A stretch of DNA of 63,831 bases, filler included, from Octopus bimaculoides (lineage: Eukaryota), in assembly GCF_001194135.2 (NCBI RefSeq). It is 4 parts of 4 records of this genome, joined end to end, with 100 filler letters (N's around TTAATTAATTAA, not from the genome) between each part and the next. Parts side by side here need not be neighbours in the genome. Positions count along the whole stretch, not along the records: positions 1 to 30,907 come from NC_068988.1; 3 more parts are not named here. One strand, given 5' to 3'. The position numbers and the translations under genes are program-made. The notes beneath the pieces were generated by a model, which made no database searches, had not been told where the DNA came from, and was given only the letters and a program-made list of their open reading frames with translations. Positions 12,561 through 25,189 of this stretch are shown here, one piece after another. Every line of letters starts with the position of its first letter. Position 1 is the stretch's first letter.

Positions 12561-13482
12561 ACATCATTTATTCTGTGTAACTATGTATATAAAAACTGGT
12601 TGTGGATTTGAATTTCCATTTGAGATTTCTTTCCCCGCCTGTTGGAAAGAACAATTTTAATGGGAGAAGGCGATATTTATCCGATATCGTGAACTTTGCC
12701 TCCCATTATAGGTATATCGTTTAACTTTTCCATTTTACTTTGGTTTTTCTTTTAATCCATCATTAGACTGCGGGCCATGCTGGGGCACCGACTTGAAGGG
12801 TTTTAGTTGCACACATCAACCCCAGTACTTTTTTATTTATGAGCCCAGTACTTATTGGTGGCGTAGAGAAGGGAGGCTGGTATACATAGGTAACTGCTGG
12901 TCTTCCATAAACAACCTTGCTCGGACTTGTGCCTCGGAAGGTAACTTTCTAGGTGCAATCCCATGGTTATTTACTACCACAGTGGTGGTGGCGGGGGTGG
13001 TCTTTCTTTCTCTCTATATATAGGCATGCCTCAACTTACGTTGTTTCGTGTTGCGTCTTTTTCTTCTTTACGGAATATTTCTTTAAAAAATTATAGGAAA
13101 AACATAAACCTCAACTTCAGTCGATTTATCCGACTTCTATATCGGTCTTAGCGAACATTTACAAATATAAACAGTCTTTGAAAAGAAAAAACTAAAAACC
13201 ATTACTGAAGAGAAAATCAAGTAAAATGCACGTGAAAATATATACGAACCATTTATGAAAATAGACATAAAGTAATATTTTCTTTAAATGCATTTTATGT
13301 TAAGCTTTTTTCGTGTTAAGTTGCATGTCTTGAAGCTGATTACCTCCATAAGTTGACGTATGTATGTATGTATGTATGTGTGCATGTATCTACGTACGTG
13401 TGTATGTACGTATGTAGGTATATGTATGCATGTATGTACGTACGTATGTATGTATTTGTATGTATGTATGTATGTATGTATG

Positions 13483-13697
13483 TACGAGGGTGAATCAAAA
13501 GGTAATGCCATTTTATTTAGGGCAGGTATAATTACCAACACAGGAACATGTATCAAACATTAAAATGAAGCTGATCCTCTGTGGATCACATCCCTACTCC
13601 TCAACATAGTCACCATTTCTCTCAAAAGCAATATTTCACCTTCGAATGAGAGCATGTATCTCTGCCCTGTAACATTCTGTTGACTGTTCTTTGAGCA
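13483..13697 (-). mobile_element. Mariner 3' end (TIR plus last codons of the transposase)
   Basis: TIR TACGAGGGTGAATCAAAAGG inserted at TA in a (TATG)n tract. Minus strand reads EQSTECYRAEIHALIRR*NIAFERNGDYVEE*. Confidence 0.85.
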
Positions 13698-15985
13698 CGT
13701 ACGTAAGTAAAATAGAACGAACGAACGAACGGATGATCGAACGAAGGACTGAAGGAACGAACGAAGAAAGAACAAAGAAACGAACGAAGAAAGAAACGAA
13801 CGAACGAAAGAACATAGGTACGTACGTACGTACGTATGTTCGAACGCACGAAAGAACGAACGATTGATCGAAAGAACGTACTTAAGTTCGTACGAACAAA
13901 CGAACGTACGTACGTACGAAAGAACTGACTAACTAACGAACTAACGAACGAACGAACGAATAAAATCATGTACGTATGAACGAAAGAACGAACAAACGAA
14001 TGAACGTACGTACGTACGACCGAACGTACGAAGGAACGATGGAACGAACGAACCAGCGAACGAATGTACGTACGTAGGTACGTACGAACGACTGAACGAA
14101 CAACCGAACGAACGGACGAAAGAACGAACGAACGAGCGAACGAACGAACGTACGTGCATACGAACGAACAAACGAACGAACCAAAGAAAGAACGAACGAA
14201 GGAACGAATGTACGTACATACGTACGTATAACGAACGAACCAACGACCGAACGAACAACGTACGTACGTACGAACGAAAGAACAAGTGCGTATGAACGAT
14301 AGAATGAACAAACGAACGAACAAACGAACGAACTTACGCACGTACGTACGTATGAACGATCGAATGAACGAACGAACTAACGAACAAAAGAACGAACGAA
14401 CGAACGAACGAACGAACGAAAGAATGAACGAACGATCGAACGAACGAATTAACGAACAAACGGACGTACGCAAGTACGAAAGAACGAACGAACGTACGTA
14501 CGAACGAACAAACGAACGAACACACGAACGAATAAACGTACGTGCGTACGAACGAACGAAGGAATGAACGAACGAACAAACGAATAAACGTACGTGCGTA
14601 CGAACGAACGAAGGAATGAACGAACGAACGAACGAAAGAACGAACGAACGAACGAACGTACGTACGTAAGTACGTACGAACCACTGATCGAACGAAGAAA
14701 CGAACGAACGAACGGAAGAACGAACATACGTTCGTATGCACGAACGAACGTTCGTACTTACGTACGCACGTAATTACGAACAAACGAACGAACGAACACA
14801 CCAACGAACGAACGAACGAAAGAACGAACGAACTAACGAACGGACGAACGAACTAACGAAAGAAACATACGAACGAACGAACGATCGAAGAAAAGGAACG
14901 AACGAATAAACGAACTAACGAACGAACGTACTTATGTATGTACGTACGTACGAACGAACGAACGAACGAACGTACGTAATTACGTACGAACGAACGAACA
15001 AACGAACGTACGTACGCAAGTACGTACGAACGAAAGAAAGAATGAATGATCGAACGTACGTACTAACGAATGAATGAACCAACGTACGTACGTACATACG
15101 AACGAACGTACGCACGAATGTAAGTATGTGCGTTCGTACGTACGTACAAATGAACGAACGAACGTACGATCAATCAAACGAAGGAAGGAACGAACAAACA
15201 TATGTACTTGGGTACGTACGTTCGAACGAACGATAGAACTAACGTACGTAGGCACGAAATAACGAAAGAACGAACGTATGTACAAACGAACGAACGAAAG
15301 AACGGACGAAGGAATGAATGAAAGAACGTACGTAGAAACGAACGAACGAACGAACAAACGTACGTACGTACGAACGAATGTACGTACGTACGTATGAACG
15401 AATGTACGTACGTACGTACGAACGAACGAACGAAAGAATGAGCGAACAAACGAATGAACGTACGTACGTGCGACCGACCGAACGAACGTACGTACGTACG
15501 TACGAATGAACGAACGAACAAACGCACGAACGAACGAATGTACGTAAGTAGGTACGTACGTACGAACGAAAGAAAGAACGTACGTACGTACGAACGAACA
15601 AACGAACGAACGAACGAATGTACGTAAGTAGGTACGTACGTACGAACGAACAAACGAACGAGCGAGCGTACGTAAGTGCGTAAGTACGTACGAAGGACCG
15701 TACGAACTAACGAACGAACGTATGTGCATACGTACGAACGAACAAACGAATAAACGTACGTACGTTCGACCGATCGAACGAACGAACGTACGTACGTATG
15801 AAAGAACGAACGAACAAACGAACGAACGACCGAACGTACGTACGAACGAACGAACGAACGAACGAAAGAACGAAAGTACGTATTACGACCGAACAAACGA
15901 CCGAACGAACGAACGAACTTACGCACGTACGTACGTATGAACGATCGAACGAACGAACAAACGAATAAACGTACGTGCGTACGTG
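13698..15985. repeat. ~2.3-kb complex tetranucleotide satellite of (AACG)n and (TACG)n
   Basis: Direct inspection; contains higher-order duplications such as the ~54-bp tandem block at 14525-14635. Source of the spurious RSFV/RTNE ORFs. Confidence 0.97.
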
Positions 15986-16143
15986 AGGGATCGATCCTAG
16001 ATGTGTCGAAACAATTGTCGTGATTAATAATAAATTCTCGTATATTCCATCTTCCGTCTTTCACTTGCCGCCCACACATACACGCATCCCTACTTATATG
16101 TGTGCATTCATCTATATATGTGTGTGCGTATGTTTATGTTTGC

Positions 16144-16177
<34 letters not shown>

Positions 16178-16339
16178 GTTTGTATTATGTATAGGTGTAA
16201 GATCTAGGGATCGAGGTGAATAAAGTTAGCCTGAAGCAATCCGTAGTAATTATAAAGAAAAACAAAAGTTTCAGGGACAATAGTGGTTTAATGGGACGGA
16301 AGGTTGAGGATTTTGTTTTTTGTATCAAAGTACGATTAA

Positions 16340-16580
16340 CTGAAAAATGTTCTTTTTATATATCACGGTTGGCTACCAGGGTTACCGTGTGTGCGAATAA
16401 GAATACAAGAGTTATGGAATGGAGTAGGTAAGATCCGGGCTAGATATGTTTCATAGCGAGCGGAACCTCAGAAGTGGTAAAAATCCAAGCGAGGTGTATA
16501 CAGTCGGCTACACTTCAGGCCAAGGATATCTTGATTAAATTAAAGGTTAATTTGTCGCAAGGAGGCACATGTTAACGCTG
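16340..16580 (+). repeat. Unclassified dispersed repeat, homologous (inverted) to 47375-47612
   Basis: Shared blocks CCTTGGCCTGAA, GTATACAC, CTTCTGAGGTTCC, CTCCATTCC.TAACTCTTG and AACCCTGG..GCCAACC. Confidence 0.8.
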
Positions 16581-17307
16581 GGCTTTAACGGCATACTACA
16601 AGGCGCACACACACACACACACNNNNNNNNNNNNNNNNNNNNNNNNNNNNNNNNNNNNNNNNNNNNNNNNNNNNNNNNNNNNNNNNNNNNNNNNNNNNNN
16701 NNNNNNNNNNNNNNNNNNNNNNNNNNNNNNNNNNNNNNNNNNNNNNNNNNNNNNNNNNNNNNNNNNNNNNNNNNNNNNNNNNNNNNNNNNNNNNNNNNNN
16801 NNNNNNNNNNNNNNNNNNNNNNNNNNNNNNNNNNNNNNNNNNNNNNNNNNNNNNNNNNNNNNNNNNNNNNNNNNNNNNNNNNNNNNNNNNNNNNNNNNNN
16901 NNNNNNNNNNNNNNNNNNNNNNNNNNNNNNNNNNNNNNNNNNNNNNNNNNNNNNNNNNNNNNNNNNNNNNNNNNNNNNNNNNNNNNNNNNNNNNNNNNNN
17001 NNNNNNNNNNNNNNNNNNNNNNNNNNNNNNNNNNNNNNNNNNNNNNNNNNNNNNNNNNNNNNNNNNNNNNNNNNNNNNNNNNNNNNNNNNNNNNNNNNNN
17101 NNNNNNNNNNNNNNNNNNNNNNNNNNNNNNNNNNNNNNNNNNNNNNNNNNNNNNNNNNNNNNNNNNNNNNNNNNNNNNNNNNNNNNNNNNNNNNNNNNNN
17201 NNNNNNNNNNNNNNNNNNNNNNNNNNNNNNNNNNNGTACTGGGGTCGATCAAATCGACTGGTCCCCTCCCCGAAACTTTTGGGCCTTGTGCCTAGAGTAG
17301 AGAAGAA

Positions 17308-17355
<48 letters not shown>

Positions 17356-18583
17356 GTCTGCTTGCTTGTCTGTCTGTCTGTCTGTCTGTCTGTGTGTCTG
17401 TCCATCTCTTTGTCTGTCTGTCTGTCTGTCTATTTCCCTTCTCTCCCTCTCTTTGAAAGAAATTACTGGGGGTCAGAGCTGGAGAGAGATTGCATCACAT
17501 CCCAAATTATCTCATATACTCCGTGTGTCACGAAGGCGCTCATACGTTCCCGTCAGGAATTGAGGACCAAAGACAAGGAGAGGCACTTACATACATACAT
17601 ACATGCATACATACGTATGCATGTATATATATATGCATATAAATGTATAAATACGTATGTGCGTGAGTGTGCTTATCTCTTTCACTCTCTCTCTTTCTCT
17701 CACACACACATCCCCCTCTCTCTCACACACTTTCTTTATTTATCTGCTTTTTTTTTCTTTCTTTTACTGTTTTATACTACTGTATGAAACGGTAAGATAA
17801 CTGTCAGGTTATCTCAATTCACAACGGTATATCGACACAGACCTGCAAACACACGGAAGACAATTTTTACAGAGAGAAAATAATGTTAATCATTCTGGAT
17901 AGATTTCTTAATAGGATTCTTATTCTCTGGAAATGGTAAAAGTGAGAAAAAAAAATGGGAAAACTAAGGGAGAAAGTGGATGAAGAAATATAAGACGGAG
18001 AAACAAATGTTAGGAAGATATACAGATAGGGTTAGTCTATCTAAGTTACATAACTCTGAATTGCTAATGTGATGCTAACGAAGTTACTTCCCTTGTTAAT
18101 TCATTGTCAATATTTTGTTTAATCACCGTTATTCGCTTTATTGTTAATCTGCTTTAATACTCTTGGCTTACACGAAAAGAATTACGTGAACACCACAATA
18201 AAAATCTGTGTTATTTATCTAAAAAATGAAAATCACATCAGTATAACTTAGTATTTTGTTAGCTTTGAAAGCTAACAAAATGCTCGTGTATAGTACACAC
18301 CTCTCGCTGCTTACAACGACACACATTGTGCCAAGGTGTTGTTTTTGTTGTTTATCATCATGTGAGACCTGACCAACTAAACCTAAGATAAAAGACACTC
18401 AAGCTGTGGCCCACCCCCACCACATTTCAGGCTACATTGTCCAGTATATCGATCTGCCACATTTTTAAGGCTGTAAAGAGTGATTTGAAGACAGTTGATT
18501 GCAATTTCTAGCAAGCCAGGCGAATGAGTAGAGTAGTGTTTCTTGAATAATGTGCTGTGGATTAGCAAAGATATTATTTAAGG

Positions 18584-19065
18584 CAGTGATTCTCAACCGG
18601 AATCCATATGACCCTTAGAGGGTTCATATGGCCCTTTTGTTGTCAAAATTTAAGTGCAATGAATTCGTTATATTTCTGCAATACACAAAATATCTTAGTA
18701 ATTTTTTATAAATACAATCCTTGTTATATTTCTTTCTACTATAGGCACAAGGCATGAAATTTTGAAGGCGGTGACTAGTCGATTACATCGACCCCAGTGT
18801 TTCACTAGTTCTTGTTTTATCGATCCCGAAAAGATGAAAGGCAAAGTCAACCTCGGCGGAATTTGAACTCAGAACGTAGCGGCAAGCGAAATACCGTTAA
18901 GCATTTCGTCCAGCTTGCTGACGATTCTTCTAGCTCGTCGCCTTACAATCCCTAGTAATACAAAATGATAAAAACATTGTATGATGTTTAAAAAAAAACA
19001 TTGAATGGCTATAGGGGCCCATCTGAGTAAAATAAGAACCAAAGGGGTCCATAGGTTAAAAAATG
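18584..19065 (+). mobile_element. hAT-like MITE interrupted by a SINE (18722-18942, minus)
   Basis: 5' end CAGTGATTCTCAACC. The SINE is flanked by TACAATCC at 18713-18720 and 18944-18951. The MITE body resumes after the SINE; a related piece lies at 10700-10820. Confidence 0.7.
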
Positions 19066-19514
19066 TCTAAGAAAAATATGTTATTCATAATTTTGTAAAC
19101 AGAAATATGATTAATAAAAGGAGGTAAGCTGTAGTTTTCTATATTTTATCCCAATCCTCTATCTAAAAAAAATTGTGCATTTATTCGCTATCAGTGACAG
19201 AAGCGGAATTAGTTCACAATAACAATCTGTGAACCATACTCAAAGCAAATATATTATTCAAAGCCTTAAACACTCGAGAAAAAAAACATAGAAATATATT
19301 AGTCGCGGACGAAAATCTCCCAGTAGCAATGCCAGAGCATACCTGCAACTGACGAAGCCCCAGGAGGCAAAAATACATATTTAGCAATGCCATCATCGCA
19401 GCTGGACAAATTTCATCTCCTACTGGTTTATTGTTATTTTTTATAACACTGTATATCTGTAAGAGATGCTTTCTCGAGCCGAATACTGCAGTTCAGAAGG
19501 CTTTGAATGATGTA

Positions 19515-19613
19515 CAGTAATTCCTCGGTATACGAATTAATTCGTTCCCGGAGAACGCTCGTAAACCAAAACTCGTAAACAGAAAATAAAACTTGTAAAG
19601 TAAGGTATTACTG
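19515..19613 (+). mobile_element. 99-bp Tigger/pogo-like MITE
   Basis: TA|CAGTAATTCCTC ... AAGGTATTACTG|TA: imperfect TIRs with TA target duplication. Confidence 0.7.
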
Positions 19614-19959
19614 TATATTTTTTAAAATATGAGATGAGACCCAGATTACTATTATTTTTATCTTTTTATTCGAAGTGTGCGACTAAATGTTGGTTTGATC
19701 TCTCGTGTGGTACGAAGTCAGAAGAATAGAGAATCACTGCTGTGGAGGCTCCCCCATTGACTCACCATGAAAACCCTTTTTGAGTCAACAGCAATGGAAT
19801 ATCTTGGCTTTTTGACCAATTACGAGATTCGATTCATTTTCAAATTGACGGAACGTGCGGAGAATTTGCTGTATGCGTGTGTTGGCATTTGGTGGCGAGT
19901 AAGCAGATTTCCTTCTGCAGAACAAATATGGTAGCGTCTTACATGGGGGTTGGGTATAT

Positions 19960-20132
19960 CAATAAGGTATTTCGACTGTCTTTACGTTCTAAGTTCAAAT
20001 TCCACCGAGGTCGACTTTGCCTTTCATCCTTTCGGAGGTCAATAAATTAAGTACTAGTTGCGTACTGGGGTCGATCTAATCGACTGGCCCCCTCCCCCCA
20101 AATTTCGGGCCTTGTGCCTAGAGTAGGAAAGA
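19960..20132 (+). mobile_element. tRNA-derived SINE (same core family)
   Basis: GTTCAAATTCCACCGAGGTCGACTTTGCCTTTCATCCTTTCGG...GGGCCTTGTGCCTAGAGTAGGAAAG. Confidence 0.9.
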
Positions 20133-20389
20133 ATACGGTTGCAGCGATTGAGCTTTTGATCATAGGTCTGTTTGTTGGGCTGACCTCGAGGCTAAGCAGC
20201 AGCAGTAGCTGCATCATCATCATCATCATCATCATCACCATAAATGGTCAACATAAATATATTTATGAACAGTGAAGACATTTAATTCTAAAACAATCCA
20301 GTGCAAATAGCTGTAAATATGTTTCATAAAGGTTTTACAGTTCACTGCTGCAAAGCAAATGGAGTAAGATCCTCTCTCAGTCATATCGA

Positions 20390-20622
20390 CTCATAAGCCC
20401 GGTTTCCCGCTCTCCATGTCATATAAATTTCTCACATGGACGGCACACTGGTCCATCGCAGAGTTACTCATTTTTTTGCCAGCTGAGTGGACTGGAGCAA
20501 CGTAAAATGAAGTGTTTTGCTCAAGAACGCAACGCGTCTCCCGGTCCAGGAATCGAAACCGCAATCTTATGATCGTGAGCCCAACACCCCTAACCACTAA
20601 CCACTAAGCCATGCACCTCCAC
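20390..20622 (-). mobile_element. Second tRNA-derived SINE family
   Basis: Reverse complement has GGCTTAGTGGTTAG...GGTTTCGATTCC and ACTTCATTTTACGTTGCTCCAGTCCACTCAGCTGGCAAAAA; matches 33278-33470. Confidence 0.85.
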
Positions 20623-21769
20623 TTGGAAGCCCCACCCCCGGCAAAAGTTATAATTAATGGATGTTTGTTAATAAGTTCAAGGTTTCGAATGGATGGGCTG
20701 AAATATTAGATTGAAGTTAGCTTTAATTCTAACAGGTCGACAAGAACATATATGTTATCTACGTGGTTACAATAGGTTGGCGTTGTTGATGTGGAACTAT
20801 TAATCGAATGGAATACAAATGGTTTTAGTAAACTTGTCCGTGGTTAAATAAGTTCTTTTTAGACATTTCAACTCTCAAGTAAATTTGAGTTAAAGCTGTT
20901 CTGCAACTTCAACTTGAGAAATGCAACATTGAACTTCTACAGGGGTTAACATGACGACGACGACGACGCCACTGCCGCCACCGCTGCTTCAGCTGCCGCT
21001 GCCACTGCCACCACTGCCGCTGCTACCGCTGTTGCCACCGATGTCGTCTCTTGCCGTCGCCACCGATGTCATCGCCTCTGACGCCGTCACTGAAATGTTA
21101 AACTAAATGAAATTAAATTGAATTGTAATACCCTAAATACTACTACTTTAAATGCTTCCGCTCGACTCATAGAAATGAATACCAGCTGTATACTGAGGGA
21201 TTATTGAACTGTATACACCCTTTGTTCTCCAAACTATTTTCCTTTAAAATTAAATTAGCTGAAAGAAACTAACGGAATGTTAGTTATTGTAAGGGAGATA
21301 ACTCTGTACTCCTTACTGACTAAATTTTTCTGGCATAACTTTTTTTACATGAAAATTTTTCTTTTTATTCTTTCTTTATCGTTTCAGACATCGGAGGTTC
21401 TTTTCTGGCGAATTGACCAGAGTACTTAACGAAACTTTGCTACCTTTTCCATTACCTTTTTTTCTGCCGAATCGATTTTACGGGCACGTAAGCAAACAGA
21501 CACGGGTGGTCAAACAGTGTTACGTGACAAACACAAAGACACATACATAAATGCAGATAAACATTCTTTTCTTTGTTTCAATCATTTGACTGCGGCGATA
21601 CCGAAGCACCGCCTTGAAGGTTTTTCCGTCGAACAAATTAATCCCAGATCTTATTTCTGAAGCCCAGTATTTTGTCTATCGGCCTTTGTGCTGATCCGCT
21701 AAGTTAAAGGGACGTAAACACAACAACAACAGTTGTCAGGCAGTAATGGGGGAACAAACACAGACACAC

Positions 21770-21871
<102 letters not shown>

Positions 21872-21904
21872 TGTCTGTCTGTCCGCCCGTCCGTCCGTCC
21901 GTCC

Positions 21905-21973
<69 letters not shown>

Positions 21974-22435
21974 NNNNNNNNNNNNNNNNNNNNNNNNNNN
22001 NNNNNNNNNNNNNNNNNNNNNNNNNNNNNNNNNNNNNNNNNNNNNNNNNNNNNNNNNNNNNNNNNNNNNNNNNNNNNNNNNNNNNNNNNNNNNNNNNNNN
22101 NNNNNNNNNNNNNNNNNNNNNNNNNNNNNNNNNNNNNNNNNNNNNNNNNNNNNNNNNNNNNNNNNNNNNNNNNNNNNNNNNNNNNNNNNNNNNNNNNNNN
22201 NNNNNNNNNNNNNNNNNNNTGCAAAAACATCACAAAAATATCACAGAAACTGCTACTTAGAGGTTCACGTTCCCGTTCGTCTGGCAGTTGTGATCAAGAA
22301 TTTTTTCCCCACCTTGTTTCGCATTTATGTACCTACTCTGGTATATATAGACATACTATATTAAATCTCTGAGCGAGATGTAAACAGTAGTAATTCAAGT
22401 ATAGGACGCCACACTTGGTTAGCAATTATATGTTA

Positions 22436-22469
<34 letters not shown>

Positions 22470-22974
22470 GCATACACATACATACAATGAGCTTCTTTCA
22501 TTTTTCGTTTACTAAATCCACACACAAGGCTTTAAGAAGTGTAGGGTCTTGCAGAAGATACTTACCCAAGGAGTCACTTCCTCCATCAAATCTATATTAA
22601 ATGTACAGATGCACAAGCGTGGCACACGTCAGGCGTGAAAATGATTGTTTTGCGCAGGAACTCAGAACGCCACACAGTCCGGGAATTGAACTCACAATCT
22701 AGTGCTTGTGAATGCAACACCCTCACCCCAAAGCCAGATGTCTTCATGCACCCCCCCCACACACACACAAGCACACACATTCACCTTCATGCGTGCTTGA
22801 GACTATATATGTATTAATCATCATCATCATCATCATCATCATCAGCATCATCATCATCATCATCATCATCACCATCATCATCTTCTTCTTCTTCTTCTTC
22901 TTCTTCTTCTTCTTCTTCTTCTTCTTCTTCTTCTTCTTCTTCTTCTTCTTCTTCTTCTTCTCTTTATCACAGAT

Positions 22975-23335
22975 TTTGTTGGCGCTCCTGGAGTCTCACA
23001 TGCGTAGCGGGCTTACTATCAGCAGCCTACAATACCATACTATTCCTTCTTTTCAGCTAATATTTTCCTGATTATTCTGGCCGTGCCAAGGAGGCAAATC
23101 TTTTGTAACAGTTCTACTGGGTACTCTATTTCAATTTCCTTTATATTTCTCTTGATTCCTTCTGATACTGTTCCCAAGGATTCGACAATAATTGGCACTA
23201 TCTTCACCTTCTGCATTTTCCATAGCCGGGCTATTTCGTACTTAAGAGGGTTGTATCCATCTATATTTTCGCCTTCCTTCGTGACTATTCGTGGATCAAA
23301 GCGGCATGCAACGTCAGCTATATGACGTATGCTGT
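22975..23335 (-). mobile_element. R4/Dong-type RLE 3' end
   Basis: IADVACRFDPRIVTKEGENIDGYNPLKYEIARLWKMQKVKIVPIIVESLGTVSEGIKRNIKEIEIEYPVELLQKICLLGTARIIRKILAEKKE*, followed by a short UTR and a trinucleotide tract. Confidence 0.85.
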
Positions 23336-23671
23336 AGCACCGCCTTGATGGCTTTTCTTTTAGTCGGAGAAATCAACTCCAGGTCTTATTCTATCGGTCT
23401 GTTTTACCGAACCACTAAGTTACGGGGACGTTAACATACCAATATCGGTTGTCAAGGGACGGTGGGGGACAAACAAAGAAACACACACATATATTATATA
23501 TATATATACATACGACAGGATTCTTTCAGTTTCCAGCTATCAAATCCACTCAAGGTTTTGGTCGGCCCGAAGCTGTAGAAGTAGACACTTGCCCAAGGCG
23601 CCACGCAAAGGGAGTGTACCCGGAACCATGTGGTTAATAAGCAAGCTTCTTACCACACATCCACCTTGCGC

Positions 23672-23759
<88 letters not shown>

Positions 23760-24388
23760 TATATCATATATCATATATATATATAAGTTACATCATCTGA
23801 AGTTGGTTGATTCATTGAATCATGAACACAAAACTTAAAGCGATTAATATTGTATAGTTGCAGTAATTTCCTTAATAAACAGAACTAATCTTTTCTATTG
23901 TACACTGACCTAAGAAGCACACTGTAAAAGATCCACTTAGTAATTACTAACACCTTCACTGAATTAAAAATATCCGTCAAAACTATAGAAATGAGAAAGT
24001 GGTATAATGTTCAAGGGAGATAACTCTTAAGGCCAACTTTTTTTCCTGAAGACTGTTTTTGATGATTCGAAGTTCTTATTCTGGGGCACCACCTTAAAGG
24101 GATTTAGTCGAACTCATCGACCCTAGTACTTATTTTTTCAAAGTCTTGAATTCATTCTATCAGTTACTTTCGTTGAACTGCTATGTTACGGGGACGTAAG
24201 CGAATCAACACCGGTTGCGAAGCTGTTGTGGGGGAAAACACACACACACACGCATATATATATATATATGTGTATATATTTATATATATATATATATGTG
24301 TGTGTGTGTGGTGGACTCTGACGCCTTATTCGATGTATGAGGATCAAAGAATTTTACTTTTTCCCTCCCTTTCTTTTCGTTTGGACAG

Positions 24389-24475
24389 CTTGCACAGCGA
24401 CTTGTTTAAAGTGGAAATGATTTGTGTGGGACCATTCACAGCTTTTGGTACGAGTAATAACAACAATTGGTGCAG
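24389..24475 (+). CDS. Candidate upstream exon (phase 2 to 2): LHSDLFKVEMICVGPFTAFGTSNNNNWC(R)
   Basis: Long polypyrimidine tract ending GACAG and a strong donor CAG|GTATGT. Only one frame is open, and it is phase-compatible with the 31436 exon. Separated from the main exons by a scaffold join. Confidence 0.5.
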
Positions 24476-25189
24476 GTATGTCTGAGATTGATGAATAGAA
24501 AATCTCAGTTGGATGGTCGATGGCTCTCATGAGTTCTTTCGCGCTTTAAAGGGCCTTGATTTTCATCCCACAATTTCATCCGATAATCACTCTCCTCACC
24601 AAGCAAGCTTAGTGAGGTTACCGGTTTAGTCGCTGACAACCCAACTACGTGACTGGGTGTACCGAGTTGCATGCTACCAGTGGGTACACGTCTACGAAAT
24701 CTCCTGTCAAGGCTTTCATCAACTCGAAGCTATTGTAGAAGACACTTCGCCAAAGGTACCGCGTCGTAAGACTGAACTTGCAATCACATGCTTACAGTGT
24801 AAGCCTCTTAACCACACAGTCATGTCTACGTCTATGATCATGTTTTTCTAAAGTGGAAGTTAGAAACACTTCTAACTGGATTGAATATTAAAATGGAATT
24901 TAAATGAGTGTTAATTGGAAAAGCTAATAACTTTTGAAATTCTAATTAGAATCGTTTAGAAAAATATTTTCATACATATTTTTTCTGGAATAGAATAATT
25001 AGAATTGCATTTGAAAGTGAAATGAAGTGAAGAGTGTTGGAGAAATATCTTCAATCTTAAAAACAGAAAATATAAATTTCCATTCGAATGAAGACTTTTG
25101 TTTTGGTTTTTCAACTGAATAATAAACAGTTAATTTTAGATTTAGCACAAGACCAGCACTACACCCTAGCGCTAAACTGGTTTTTATTT

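Noticed and set aside
13130-13210. FYIGLSEH, possible GIY-YIG remnant
   Set aside because: Too short and degenerate to support.
13622-16079. Long ORFs rich in RSFV / RTNE (up to 301 aa)
   Set aside because: Translations of the AACG/TACG satellite, which has few stop codons; not RS-domain proteins.
16273-16427. Open frame ending at AG|GTAAGA
   Set aside because: Lies within the dispersed repeat shared with 47375-47612.
19792-19898. Possible exon (CAACAG acceptor, CGA|GTAAGC donor)
   Set aside because: Weak acceptor, two open frames, and its phases do not fit the 24389 exon; unsupported without RNA data.
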